Shown piece after piece: positions 48,984 to 59,026 of a stretch of DNA of 64,000 nt. The translations under genes and the position numbers were made by a program. Source of the stretch: Thermodesulfobacteriota bacterium (lineage in GTDB: Bacteria > Desulfobacterota > Binatia > UBA9968 > JAJDTQ01); assembly GCA_965116735.1 (NCBI GenBank), contig OZ220712.1:4866534-4930533 (forward strand), given 5' to 3'. The notes beneath the pieces were generated by a model. It saw only the letters and a list, made by a program, of their open reading frames with translations. It was not told the origin of the DNA and did not search any database. Each line of letters opens with the position of its first letter. Within the stretch, counting starts at the first letter, position 1.

Positions 48984-49645
48984 TCACGTAGCATTCCGTC
49001 GCTCAGGCTGGCGCGGCGCGCGCAGCGCCGGGCGATGGACGGATCGTGCGTGATGACGACGATGGCGGTCCGGTCCCGCCGGTTCAGCTCCACCAGCAGG
49101 TCCATGACTTCCCGCGCGTTGCCGGAGTCGAGGGTGCCCGTGGGCTCGTCCGCCAAAATCACCGCCGGATCGCCCGCCAGCGCCCGAGCGATGGCGATCC
49201 GCTGCCTTTGTCCGCCCGACAACTGGCCGGGCAGATGGTAGCTTCTTGCCGTCATCCCGACTTTCTCCAGCATGGCGCGCGACCGCCGGGCAATCTCGCC
49301 GCGCCCCAGGCCCCGGTAGGCCAGCGGCAGGCCGACGTTCTCCAGCGCCGTCAGGTGCGGCATCAGGTTGAAGGACTGGAATATGAAACCGATGTGCGCG
49401 TTACGCAGCGCCGACAGCTCGTCGTCGGTCATTCCGGATACGTCCCGGCCGCCCAGCAGGTAGGTGCCTGCCGTCGGCCGGCTGAGCAGACCCAGCACGT
49501 TCATCAGGGTCGATTTGCCGCTCCCCGAAGGCCCGGTGATGGAAAGCAGGTCGCCGTCCCGGACCTGGAGACTGACCCGCCGCAGCACCTCGATACGAGC
49601 CGCCCCCAGCGTGTAGGATTTCTCTATGTCGATGAGCGTCAACAT
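48920..49645 (-). CDS. ABC transporter ATP-binding protein (MacB-type)
   Basis: Walker A GPSGSGKST, the signature LSGGQRQRIAIARAL, and Walker B ILADEPT. Confidence 0.85.
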   Translation of the reverse strand: MLTLIDIEKSYTLGAARIEVLRRVSLQVRDGDLLSITGPSGSGKSTLMNVLGLLSRPTAGTYLLGGRDVSGMTDDELSALRNAHIGFIFQSFNLMPHLTALENVGLPLAYRGLGRGEIARRSRAMLEKVGMTARSYHLPGQLSGGQRQRIAIARALAGDPAVILADEPTGTLDSGNAREVMDLLVELNRRDRTAIVVITHDPSIARRCARRASLSDGMLREWPGNGNGSGSATPWEEPSHS

Positions 49646-49662
49646 GGGAAGGAACCACCCGT

Positions 49663-51036
49663 TCACGTGCCGGGAAGCACAATCATCTCGCCCGCCTCCA
49701 GGCCCCGCGTCACCTCTGCCGAGCGGAGCGTGGTGAGCCCCACTTCCACCTCTCGGTCGCGTACCTCGCCGGTGGCCCGGTCCAGGACCCGGACCCAGCC
49801 CCGGCCGTCTCTCTTTTCCAGGGCGTCGATGGGGACCATCAACGCGGCCGGGTTGTGATAGACCGTGACGTCGAGCCTGCTCGACATTCCGGCCCGTAGA
49901 CGCTTTCCGGCGGTTTCATCGAGAGCGTCCAGCGTCACGGTAACCTCGAACCTGGGCGTCCGCGACAGCCGGTCACGCACCGGGTGGGCGGACACGCCGG
50001 ATACCGTCCCCTGTAGTTCGAGGCCGCGGAAGGCGTCGCCCGTTACCGCGACCCGCTGGCCGGCATCGATCTTTGTGACCTCCATCTCGTCCACCGGCGC
50101 CACCACCGACAGCCGTTGGTGGTCGGCGATGGTCAGCAGAACCTCGCCCTCCTTGACCGCGCGGCCCGGAATCACGGCCGGCTCGCGGTCCGTGGGCGCC
50201 AGAATCGTGCCGGCGATGGGCGCTGAAATGGAGTCCATACCGAGCCTTTCCTCGTCCACCCGAAGCTGGTTCCGCGCCTTCTTGAACTCGATCTCCGCCA
50301 CCCGGATGGCTTCCGGGCCGCCCTTCGCCCGCACGGCCACCAGGTCTTGCGCCGCCGCGTCGAAGTCGAGCAACTGGTTCATGTACTGCCGCTTCTGATG
50401 TTCGTGGTCCGAAGCAGGGATGAGTCCTTGCTCCAGCAGGAAGGAGGAGGTCTCGAGCTCCGCCTGCTGGTCCTCCAGCGCCATCTTCGCCTTGGCGAAT
50501 GTTCTGAGGGCGCTGGCGACCTCGGGACCGCGCTCCCAATTACGGACCTCGCGCAACGCCTTCCGGGCCTTTTCGTATTCGAGGCGGCTCTCCTGATGCT
50601 TGAGCCGGATGTCGTCGAGATCGAGCTCCAGCAGCCGTTGCCCCTCCGCGACGTGCCGGCCGTAGTCGAAAGCGATCGCCTTCACGTGGCCGTCCGCCGG
50701 GCTGGATACCCGTACCGTGCGCCAGGGAGTGAGGCGCCCCATCAGCGAAACGGTCGATTCGAGCTCACGCGGTTCCACCACCGCGGTACGCGGTTCCGGG
50801 GAGCCTCCGATGCCGGCCGACGCGGGCGTCGATCCGGGCAGGCCGGGGAGGTGCGGCCAGGCGGACCCCCACCAACTCCACATGCCCGCCCCCAGGAACA
50901 TCCCGAGCACGAGCGCCAACGCCGCCCTCGCTCTCTGCCCCCTCCTCAGCGCAACGGCTTGCTCGTTGCCGACCTGTTCCAGTCTCCGGTAGGCCCGCTG
51001 GAGATCCGCGTACTGTTCTTCCAACGGTTTCGCCAT
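49663..51036 (-). CDS. HlyD/MacA-family periplasmic adaptor subunit
   Basis: Coiled-coil hairpin, lipoyl and beta-barrel regions (RVSSPADGHVKAI ... SAPIAGTIL). The start is MAKPLEEQ. Confidence 0.8.
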   Translation of the reverse strand: MAKPLEEQYADLQRAYRRLEQVGNEQAVALRRGQRARAALALVLGMFLGAGMWSWWGSAWPHLPGLPGSTPASAGIGGSPEPRTAVVEPRELESTVSLMGRLTPWRTVRVSSPADGHVKAIAFDYGRHVAEGQRLLELDLDDIRLKHQESRLEYEKARKALREVRNWERGPEVASALRTFAKAKMALEDQQAELETSSFLLEQGLIPASDHEHQKRQYMNQLLDFDAAAQDLVAVRAKGGPEAIRVAEIEFKKARNQLRVDEERLGMDSISAPIAGTILAPTDREPAVIPGRAVKEGEVLLTIADHQRLSVVAPVDEMEVTKIDAGQRVAVTGDAFRGLELQGTVSGVSAHPVRDRLSRTPRFEVTVTLDALDETAGKRLRAGMSSRLDVTVYHNPAALMVPIDALEKRDGRGWVRVLDRATGEVRDREVEVGLTTLRSAEVTRGLEAGEMIVLPGT

Positions 51037-51044
51037 GTCGGTTC

Positions 51045-52427
51045 CTACGGGCGAACGCCGGCGGGCGCCTCGCCGGCCCTTTCGACTTCGATGCCCCATC
51101 GGTCGAGCGTAATACCCAGCGCCCGATCCAACGCCGTCAGCGCGTCCTGGTATCCCAGCGTCGCGTTCAACTCCCGGTTCTGTGCCTGCACCAAGTCGTC
51201 TTCCACGGCTGTGAGCCGGTAGGTCGAGGTCAGCCCCTGGTCCAGCTTCCTCTGTTCCACGTCCAGCTTCTGCTCCGCCAACTCACGGGCCTGCCGCGCG
51301 AGTTCCGTCCGGCGCAACCCGAGCGCGACCTCATGCACGGCCTGGCGCACCGCGATGTGGACGGTCTGGCGGGACTCCGCGAGATCCATCTTCGCCTGCC
51401 GGACCGCGTTGGCTGCTCTCAGCACCGCGAGCTTCGGCGTCCGTTCCCCGAGCGGGATGTTCAGCGTGATGCCCACGCTGTGATCGGGCCGCCCATCGGA
51501 GCGCTTCACGGCGGCGTTCAACGACAGGTCCCAAAGCAGATCGTTCTTCGCCTTGCGCAGATCGATCTCGGCCGTCTCGACGCCCAGTAGCGCCTTCAGG
51601 TGGTCCGGCCGGTGTGCAAGCGCGGTTCGAAGGCCTTGCTCCAGGTTCGGCCGCGCCGGCCTCACGGCAGACTTGAAGGACGGGCGGATCCGGGAAACCC
51701 CGTCAATGTCGAGAATGTCGATGAGCGCGGCGTTGGCCGCCTGCAGGCTGTTCTCACTCTCGATCAGCGCCAGTTCCCGGTTGGCCACCTCTGCTTCGGT
51801 CTGGACGATGTCGCGAGCGGCCATGCGGCCCGCCCGTATCAATGAACGGTTGGTCGCGAGTTGTTTTCGGGCCCGGCTGAGGGACTCGCGGTTGATCTCG
51901 ATCTGCCGGTTGGCTCGGATTACCGCCCGGTAGCCTCGGATCACCGAGGTCACGACGCCGGCGATGGTGTCACGGAGGGAAAGGATGTGGATCTTCTCTT
52001 CGATCCGCGCGCGCCGCAGCGGCGCGGTATCGATGTCCGGCCCGAAACCCTTCAGCAGGGGCTGCGTCAACTCCAGCTCCCACGAGCCCGACCCCTCGTC
52101 CTCGCCCGCGACGGGCTCCGACCAACGGAGCGCGAACATTCCGCCGGTGGGTATGCGAATGCTGGGACCGAAGGAAGCTTCCACCGCGTCTTGGCCGTTC
52201 CTTTCGGCGCGCGCGGAGGCCTCGACGCTCGCGCGCGGCCGGTAGCGGTCTTCCGCCACCGCCAGCGCGAACTTCTGCGTTGTGCGCCGCAGCCGGGCGC
52301 CTGTCAGGTTGCGGTTGTTGCGGAGCGCCAGCCGGATGGTCTCGTCCAGCGTGAGCGCCATCTCGGCGACGGCGGTTTGGGGTTGAGCGTCACGGTCGGC
52401 CGAAGGGGCGGCGAAGCCCGTGGCCAA
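51045..52427 (-). CDS. TolC-family outer-membrane efflux protein (5' end / signal peptide unresolved)
   Basis: Two TolC repeats with coiled-coil segments. The called TTG start lies inside an obvious signal peptide (LAVSGLLAARLLAARLLAALFLTLPLATG), and the ATG+RBS at 52557 is in another frame. Confidence 0.75.
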   Translation of the reverse strand: MATGFAAPSADRDAQPQTAVAEMALTLDETIRLALRNNRNLTGARLRRTTQKFALAVAEDRYRPRASVEASARAERNGQDAVEASFGPSIRIPTGGMFALRWSEPVAGEDEGSGSWELELTQPLLKGFGPDIDTAPLRRARIEEKIHILSLRDTIAGVVTSVIRGYRAVIRANRQIEINRESLSRARKQLATNRSLIRAGRMAARDIVQTEAEVANRELALIESENSLQAANAALIDILDIDGVSRIRPSFKSAVRPARPNLEQGLRTALAHRPDHLKALLGVETAEIDLRKAKNDLLWDLSLNAAVKRSDGRPDHSVGITLNIPLGERTPKLAVLRAANAVRQAKMDLAESRQTVHIAVRQAVHEVALGLRRTELARQARELAEQKLDVEQRKLDQGLTSTYRLTAVEDDLVQAQNRELNATLGYQDALTALDRALGITLDRWGIEVERAGEAPAGVRP

Positions 52428-52712
52428 CGGCAGCGTCAGGAAGAGTGCTGCCAGCAGGCGTGCTGCCAGCAGGCGTGCTGCCAGGAGTCCCGAAACGGCC
52501 AGGCGGCGGGTGTCAGGGCCGGTGGTTTTCGACGCGAACGTCGTTTGAATTGGCCATACTGCCTCCTGCTTTCAGTGTGGCAGATGGCGCAACGTTTTCA
52601 ATACGGCATGCTCACGGCGCACGGGCGGGGTTTCAAGCCCGACTTCGGTCGTGGTATCGGTTCGGGGGCGGACAATGATCGGCGGAAACGCGGATGGAGT
52701 CGGAGGTAGCCC

Positions 52713-54164
52713 ATGACAGACCCCGCGTGGCTTCCAGCAACCCGTTTGGCGAGTCTCATCCGCCGGCGCAAGCTCGGCTGCCTCGAATTGCTGGACCACT
52801 ATCTGGATCGGGTCGAACGTTTCAACCCGGCCCTGAACGCGATCATCGCCACCGACGTGCCGCGGGCGCGGCGGCGCGCGCGGGAGGCGGACCGGGCGCT
52901 GGACCGAGGCGAGCGTTGGGGGCCGCTGCACGGCGTGCCCATGACCGTCAAGGATTCCTTTGACGTGGCCGGGTTGCCGACCACGTGGGGTGTGCCGGCG
53001 CAACGGAACAACGTCGCCCGCGCCGACGCGCTCCCGGTCGAGCGTGTGCGTGACGCCGGCGCGATCATCTTCGGCAAGACCAACGTGCCCATCTGGCTCG
53101 CCGACGCCCAGAGCTTCAACGACATCTACGGCACCACACGCAACCCCTGGAATCCGGAGCGGTCGCCGGGGGGCTCCTCGGGCGGCTCGGCCGCGGCCCT
53201 GTCGGCCGGGTTGACCGCCCTGGAGATGGGCAGCGACATCGCCGGCTCGGTGCGGAACCCGGCCGCCTGGTGCGGCCTGTTCGCGCACAAGCCGACCATG
53301 GGCATCTGTCCCGCCCACGGGCACGCGCTCGACGGCAACCGGGCGCCTTTGGATATGCTGGTCATCGGTCCGCTGGCGCGGAGCGCCGCGGACCTTTCCC
53401 TGCTTCTGTCGGTGATCGCGGTTCCGGACGAGATCGACGCGGCCGGCCTCCGGCTTACCCTGCCCGCGCCGCGGAAGAAGAAGCTGGAAGAATACCGGGT
53501 GGCGCTTCTCCTCGAGGACGACACCGTGCCGACGGCGAGCGACATCGGTGCGCTCCACCGGGCGCTGGCCCGCTTTCTTCGCCGCAACAAGGTCAAGGTC
53601 GCCATCGGCGCCCGTCCCGACTTCGACGCGGCGGACTCCCACCGCGTCTTCGACGTGTTGCTGCGGGCCGCCACCTCCGGACGACAGACGGACGAGGTGT
53701 TCGCCGCCAACCGGAAAGCGCGGCAAAGGCTCGCTCCGGGAGACGACGGCAAACGGGCGCGCATGCTTCGCGGCGTCACGCTGTCCCACCGGGACTGGCT
53801 CCGGCTCGACGAGATGCGGCACCGGATCCGGTGGAAGTGGCACGAGTTCTTCCAGCGCCACGACCTGCTGCTGGCCCCCATCACCGTATCGGCGGCCATG
53901 GGCCACGACCACAAGCCGCCCTACCAACGCTCGGTGCCGGTGGACGGCGTCCCGCGGCCGTTCATGAACCAGGTCTCCCTGCCGGGGTACTCCAACCTCG
54001 CCTACCTGCCGTCGTCCGTAGCGCCCATCGGACTCGACGGCGACGGGCTTCCGCTGGGCATTCAGATCATCGGCCCGCAGTACGGCGACCTGACCTGCAT
54101 TCACTTCGCGCGGCTGTTGGAGCGGCACTATCGAAGGTTTTCGCCGCCGCCGGGATATGAATGA
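52713..54164 (+). CDS. amidase-signature family amidase
   Basis: GGSSGGSAAALSAG Ser-cisSer-Lys signature. The product is 483 aa. Confidence 0.8.
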   Translation: MTDPAWLPATRLASLIRRRKLGCLELLDHYLDRVERFNPALNAIIATDVPRARRRAREADRALDRGERWGPLHGVPMTVKDSFDVAGLPTTWGVPAQRNNVARADALPVERVRDAGAIIFGKTNVPIWLADAQSFNDIYGTTRNPWNPERSPGGSSGGSAAALSAGLTALEMGSDIAGSVRNPAAWCGLFAHKPTMGICPAHGHALDGNRAPLDMLVIGPLARSAADLSLLLSVIAVPDEIDAAGLRLTLPAPRKKKLEEYRVALLLEDDTVPTASDIGALHRALARFLRRNKVKVAIGARPDFDAADSHRVFDVLLRAATSGRQTDEVFAANRKARQRLAPGDDGKRARMLRGVTLSHRDWLRLDEMRHRIRWKWHEFFQRHDLLLAPITVSAAMGHDHKPPYQRSVPVDGVPRPFMNQVSLPGYSNLAYLPSSVAPIGLDGDGLPLGIQIIGPQYGDLTCIHFARLLERHYRRFSPPPGYE

Positions 54165-54188
54165 TTCCGGCGGGACGAGGAGGACTTC

Positions 54189-54737
54189 ATGAAGACGCCT
54201 GTCGCTTTCGTCGTGGTCTTCGCGTGCCTTGCCGTCCATGCCGCCGTCGCCGCGGAGATGCCCGCCGGCCCGGTTGTGCTGACCGTCACTGGCAACATCG
54301 TCAAGTTCAACCGGCCTGCCTACGATGACCAGCGCGACATGTTTTTCAAGTATCACAAGCGCCCTTTCGGCAAGGCGTTCGTGTTCGACCGTCCCATGCT
54401 CGAAGGTCTCGGCGTCGCCGAGGTGCGCGTCGGCGACACGAGCTGGGGCGGCCCCAGGAGCGCAAGCGGCCCACGCCTGGCCGATGTCCTCGACGCCGCG
54501 GGTTGCCGTGGAAGCGCGCTCGATGGGCTGGCGCTCGACGGGTTCCGCTTCCGGTTGTCGGAGGCGGAAATCAAGGCACGCGATTGGATCGTGGCGACAC
54601 GGGCCGACGGCCGGCCCCTCGGCATCGGGGACCGCGGTCCCCTGTGGCTGGTCTTCGACCCGCCGGGCAGTCGCCCGGCCAAGGCAAAGGAGATCGGCCT
54701 CGGACCTTGGGCGCTGTTCTTCATCGAGTGCCTGTGA
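54189..54737 (+). CDS. exported hypothetical protein
   Basis: Signal peptide MKTPVAFVVVFACLAVHAAVAA. The 182-aa product has no recognisable catalytic motif. Confidence 0.45.
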   Translation: MKTPVAFVVVFACLAVHAAVAAEMPAGPVVLTVTGNIVKFNRPAYDDQRDMFFKYHKRPFGKAFVFDRPMLEGLGVAEVRVGDTSWGGPRSASGPRLADVLDAAGCRGSALDGLALDGFRFRLSEAEIKARDWIVATRADGRPLGIGDRGPLWLVFDPPGSRPAKAKEIGLGPWALFFIECL

Positions 54738-54839
54738 GCAGGGTTTCCGCGCGTTTGTGCGGCAACGTGGAACGGTCTAGAATTTCGTAGTCATCGGATT
54801 GTTCCACCATTTCTCAGGGCAGACCAACGGGAGGACGAG

Positions 54840-55667
54840 ATGTCGGACATCAACGAAGTCGGCGCAACGGCATTCTTTATCGCGGGCATCCGGGAGCAGG
54901 AAAAGGATCGGGAACACCCGCTGTTCAAGGACCCTTACGCGGAGTGGTTCGTCAACGACGAGATTCGGCAGAAGGTCGGTCAGGTCTTTGCGCTGCTCCC
55001 GGAAGGGATGGAGCTGGTCCGTTATCGCTCCGCTCTGTTCGACGATATCATCCGCCGCGAGATAGAGAAGGGCATGCGGCAGATCGTCATCCTCGGCTCC
55101 GGGTTCGACATGCGGCCGCACGTGTTCGAGGACGAGGGGGTGCGTTTCTGCGACGTGGACCAGCCCGCGGTGCTGGCGTTCAAGGGGAAGGTGCTGGAAG
55201 GCCACGGCGTGACCCCCTGCGCGGGTATCCCGTGCAACTACCTGCAGGCCGATCTGCCCGCGGAATTGGCGAAGGCAGGATTCGACCTCGACGCCCCCGT
55301 CCTGATCATCTGGGAAGGCAACACCATGTACCTGCCGGAGGACCTGATCTACGGCTTCCTCAACCGCCTGCGCGAGGGGGTACGGTCGTTCAGGATCGCC
55401 TTCGATTTCTTCGCCAGGAGCGTCATCGACCGCACCACCGGCGACGAGACCATTACCGCCACGACCGACGCGTTCGAGAACACCTTGAACGTGAAATGGG
55501 TGACGGGTTTCGACGGCCTTTCCGGTGTCGAGGAGCGTACCGGCTTGAAGACGGTCGAGTCCGGCAGCCTGTTGGACTTCGGCAAACGGGTGGCGCCCGA
55601 CTATCCGACGGACATCCCGCAGTTGGAGCTGTACCTGTACGGAATCATGAGTCACGGGGCGGACTGA
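54840..55667 (+). CDS. class I SAM-dependent O-methyltransferase (TIGR00027 family)
   Basis: ATAFFIAGIREQE ... VILGSGFDMRP SAM-binding motif. The pattern resembles the mycobacterial multi-copy methyltransferase family. Confidence 0.75.
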   Translation: MSDINEVGATAFFIAGIREQEKDREHPLFKDPYAEWFVNDEIRQKVGQVFALLPEGMELVRYRSALFDDIIRREIEKGMRQIVILGSGFDMRPHVFEDEGVRFCDVDQPAVLAFKGKVLEGHGVTPCAGIPCNYLQADLPAELAKAGFDLDAPVLIIWEGNTMYLPEDLIYGFLNRLREGVRSFRIAFDFFARSVIDRTTGDETITATTDAFENTLNVKWVTGFDGLSGVEERTGLKTVESGSLLDFGKRVAPDYPTDIPQLELYLYGIMSHGAD

Positions 55668-55703
55668 GCGGTTGCGGCCGTCTCCGCGACCCACCATGGA
55701 GCG

Positions 55704-58127
55704 GTGATGCGACTACCGGAACCCCTCCCGCCGGATCAGCTCTACACGAAGTGTGATCCCGGGGAACTGCCGCCCGCCGGCGAAACCGCGGACGGGTCGG
55801 ACGACCTCGGCCAGGAGCGCGCCCTCGACGCGGTGCGCTTCGGCGTCGACATCCGGCGCCACGGCTACAACATCTTCGTCTACGGCGCCCCGGGCACCGG
55901 CAAGTACCCGCTCACCCGGCGCCGGATCGAGGAGGCGGCCGCCGCCATGGCGGCGCCCCCCGACTGGTGCTACGTCCACAACTTCCAGGAGACCCACAAG
56001 CCCAGGGCGCTGCGGCTTCCGGCCGGCAGGGGTTGCCGGCTGCGGCGCGACATGGAGCAGCTCATCCGCGAGCTCCGCGCCGCCATTCCCGCGGCGTTCG
56101 AGAGCGAGGACTACCAGGCCCGGGCCCAGGCCCTTCAGGCGCAGTTGAGCCAGCGTCAGGAAGCCGCGTTCAACGAGCTGCAGGAGCGCGCCAAGGCCCG
56201 CAACGTCGGGCTCATCCGGACCCCCGCGGGGCTTGCGCTGGCGCCTGTCGCCAAGGGCGAGGTGGTGAACCCGGAAGCCTTCCGCCAGTGGCCCGAGGAG
56301 ACGCAGACGTCGGTGCGCGCCGACATCGCCGAGCTGGAGAAGGAGCTTCAGGAAATCCTCAAGAAGGTGCCGCAGTGGGACCGCGAGCGGCGCGAGCAGT
56401 TGCGGAGCCTCAACCAGGAAGTGGTGAGCCACGCGGTGGGCCAGTTCATCGAGGAGCTGAGCAAGGACTACGAGGATCTTCCGGAGGTCATCGACTACAT
56501 CGAGCAGGTGCGCGCGGACCTGCTGGAGAATGCCGAGGAGTTTCGCGCGCCCGAGCCCCAGGAGCCGCAACAGGGTGTGCCGGCCGTACGGGGCGGTCCG
56601 CGGGAGCCGTCGTTCCGCCGCTACCAGGTGAACGTCATCGTCGACAACGGCGCGCGCGAGGGCGCGCCCGTGGTGTACGAGGACCTTCCCACCCACGGCA
56701 ACGTTATCGGGCGCATCGAGCAGATGGCCCAGTTCGGCGCCCTGACCACCGACTTCACCCTCATCAAGCCCGGCGCGCTCCATGCCGCCAACGGCGGCTA
56801 TTTGATGGTGGACGCACGCAAGCTGTTCATGCAGCCCATCATCTGGGAGGAGATCAAGCGCGCGCTCCAGTCGAGCGAGATCCGCATCCAGGGGCTGACC
56901 GAGGCCATGGGCTTCGCCAACACCGTCACCTTGCAGCCGGAGCCCATTCCCCTGGACGTCAAGGTGGTGCTCCTGGGCGACCCCACGACCTACTACCTGC
57001 TGAGCCAGGCGGACCCCGACTTTCCGGAGTTGTTCAAGGTGGCCGCGGACTTCGACGACCAGGTGCCGCGGAATCACGGCAACACCGCGCGCTACGCCGG
57101 GATGATCGCCGCCACCGCCCGCCGCGAGGGGTTGCGACCGCTTTCCAGGGACGCCACCGCGCGGGTCATCGAGCAGGCGGCACGGCTGGCCGCCGACTCG
57201 GAGCGGCTGACCCTGCGCCTCCGCGCCATCGACGATCTGCTCTACGAGGCCGACTACTGGGCCGACCAGGAGGGCAACGGTGAAATCGCCGTGCGGGACG
57301 TGGAGCGCGCCATCGAGGCGCAGACCCGCCGGGCCGACCGCATCCGCGAGCGCAGCCAGGAGCAGATCCTGCGCGACACCCTGCTCATCGACACCGACGG
57401 CGAGGCGGTGGGCCAGGTCAACGGCCTCTCCGTGCTGCAGCTCGGCGAATTCGCCTTCGGCAAGCCCAGCCGCATTACCGCCCGGGTGCGGTTGGGGCGG
57501 GGCGAGGTGCTCGACATCGAGCGCGAGGTCGAGATGGGCGGGCCGCTCCATTCCAAGGGTGTCCTCATCCTCTCGGGCTTTCTCGGCGCGCGCTTCGCCC
57601 GCCGCCATCCCCTGGCGCTGTCGGCCAGCCTGGTATTCGAGCAGTCCTACGGCGGAGTGGACGGCGACAGCGCGTCGTCCACCGAGCTCTACGCGCTCCT
57701 GTCGGCACTGTCCGGGCTCCCCATCCGGCAGTCCCTGGCGGTCACCGGATCGGTCAACCAACTCGGCCAGGTCCAGGCCATCGGCGGCGTCAACGAGAAG
57801 ATCGAGGGGTTCTACGACATCTGCGCGGCGCGGGGACTCACCGGGCGGCAGGGTGTGCTGATCCCCGCGTCCAACGTCAAGCACCTGATGCTGCGCCGGG
57901 ACGTGGTGGACGCCGCCGCCCAGGGAGAGTTCCACGTCTACCCGGTGGAGACCATCGACCAGGGCATCGAGCTTCTGACCGGCGTGGCGGCGGGCGACGC
58001 CGACGCCGAGGGAAACTTTTCCGCCGGCTCTGTCAACGGCCGGGCGCAGGCCACGCTGCTGGAGTTCGCGCGGAACGCCCGGAACTTCACGGCCGGCGGC
58101 GGATCGGACACGGAGGCCTCCTCATGA
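55704..58127 (+). CDS. Lon-related ATP-dependent protease (AAA+ N-domain, S16 C-domain)
   Basis: Walker A GAPGTGK. The C-terminal Lon proteolytic domain has the Ser-Lys dyad context (GDSASS ... VNEKIEGF). Confidence 0.8.
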   Translation: MMRLPEPLPPDQLYTKCDPGELPPAGETADGSDDLGQERALDAVRFGVDIRRHGYNIFVYGAPGTGKYPLTRRRIEEAAAAMAAPPDWCYVHNFQETHKPRALRLPAGRGCRLRRDMEQLIRELRAAIPAAFESEDYQARAQALQAQLSQRQEAAFNELQERAKARNVGLIRTPAGLALAPVAKGEVVNPEAFRQWPEETQTSVRADIAELEKELQEILKKVPQWDRERREQLRSLNQEVVSHAVGQFIEELSKDYEDLPEVIDYIEQVRADLLENAEEFRAPEPQEPQQGVPAVRGGPREPSFRRYQVNVIVDNGAREGAPVVYEDLPTHGNVIGRIEQMAQFGALTTDFTLIKPGALHAANGGYLMVDARKLFMQPIIWEEIKRALQSSEIRIQGLTEAMGFANTVTLQPEPIPLDVKVVLLGDPTTYYLLSQADPDFPELFKVAADFDDQVPRNHGNTARYAGMIAATARREGLRPLSRDATARVIEQAARLAADSERLTLRLRAIDDLLYEADYWADQEGNGEIAVRDVERAIEAQTRRADRIRERSQEQILRDTLLIDTDGEAVGQVNGLSVLQLGEFAFGKPSRITARVRLGRGEVLDIEREVEMGGPLHSKGVLILSGFLGARFARRHPLALSASLVFEQSYGGVDGDSASSTELYALLSALSGLPIRQSLAVTGSVNQLGQVQAIGGVNEKIEGFYDICAARGLTGRQGVLIPASNVKHLMLRRDVVDAAAQGEFHVYPVETIDQGIELLTGVAAGDADAEGNFSAGSVNGRAQATLLEFARNARNFTAGGGSDTEASS

Positions 58128-58972
58128 GCACTCCCGCGCCGGGCTTCGACGTCCGCCGGATCGTGGTGGCCTTCGAAAGCTCGTCGGCCGCCGCCGCCGC
58201 CCTGGAGGAGGCGGCCGGCTTGGCGGCGCGGCTGCACGCCGAGCTGGAAGGCGTGTACGTCCAGGACATCAACCTCGTGCATTTGGCCCGCCTCCCCCTG
58301 GGCCGGGAGATTCAGTTGCTGACCGGGAAGTCTCGGGACTTCACGGCCGCCGCCCTGGAGGCCGAGACCCGGACGCAGGAGTTCGTCGCCCGGCGGGCCG
58401 TGGCGGCGGCCGCGGCCCGGGCCCACGTGGCCTACGCGTTTCGCATTGCGCGCGGCCAGGTGGACGCGGAAGTCCTCAACGCGGCGGACAGCGGCGACCT
58501 GCTGGTTCTCGGCACCGGGGACCGGACGCCGTGGGGCGGCACGCGGCTCGACCCTGCTGCGCACGCGGCGGCCCAGCGCGCTCCGCGGTCGGTGCTGATC
58601 CCGAAGCCGGGAACGCGGGCCGGCGGCGTCCCGCTGGTGTGCTATGACGGCACCGTAGGCTCCCGGCGCGCCCTCGAGGCCGGGCTCCGGGTCTTCGGCA
58701 CTCACGAGGGGCGTCTTGCCGTCCTTTTGCTCGGCGACGATACGGCCGATGCCGAAAGGTTGCGCCGGCAGGTGGAGGCCCGGCTGGCGGCGCTGGGCGT
58801 CGCCCCGAGGTTCCTCTACGGCGCCCGTCAACGCGCTTCCGAGGTCTGCCAGTTGGCCAGCGAATCCGGCACCGGCGTGCTGGTCATGGCGGCCGATTGT
58901 CCCGCCCTCGACGAACCCCACCGGCAGGAAGTCCTCGAATCCGTCGCCTGTCCCGTCCTGCTCGTCCGCTAG
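58124..58972 (+). CDS. tandem universal stress protein (UspA) domain protein
   Basis: Two Usp-like halves ending ...VLVMA.DC...VLLV. An ATGA overlap links it to the Lon-like gene. Confidence 0.7.
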   Translation: MSTPAPGFDVRRIVVAFESSSAAAAALEEAAGLAARLHAELEGVYVQDINLVHLARLPLGREIQLLTGKSRDFTAAALEAETRTQEFVARRAVAAAAARAHVAYAFRIARGQVDAEVLNAADSGDLLVLGTGDRTPWGGTRLDPAAHAAAQRAPRSVLIPKPGTRAGGVPLVCYDGTVGSRRALEAGLRVFGTHEGRLAVLLLGDDTADAERLRRQVEARLAALGVAPRFLYGARQRASEVCQLASESGTGVLVMAADCPALDEPHRQEVLESVACPVLLVR

Positions 58973-59026
58973 CGGGCATCGCGACTGTGCTTCTTTGACG
59001 GCGTACGTCGCATGGTACGCTGAAGG

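Noticed and set aside
55713-57935. 740-aa minus-strand ORF opposite the Lon-like protease gene
   Set aside because: It is an antisense GC-rich open frame. The Lon-like gene on the plus strand has clear Walker A and S16 motifs.
55704-58127. Lon-like protease as BREX BrxL
   Set aside because: No brxA/B/C, pglX or pglZ genes are nearby. The neighbours are a methyltransferase of a housekeeping-type family, a USP and an SRPBCC gene.
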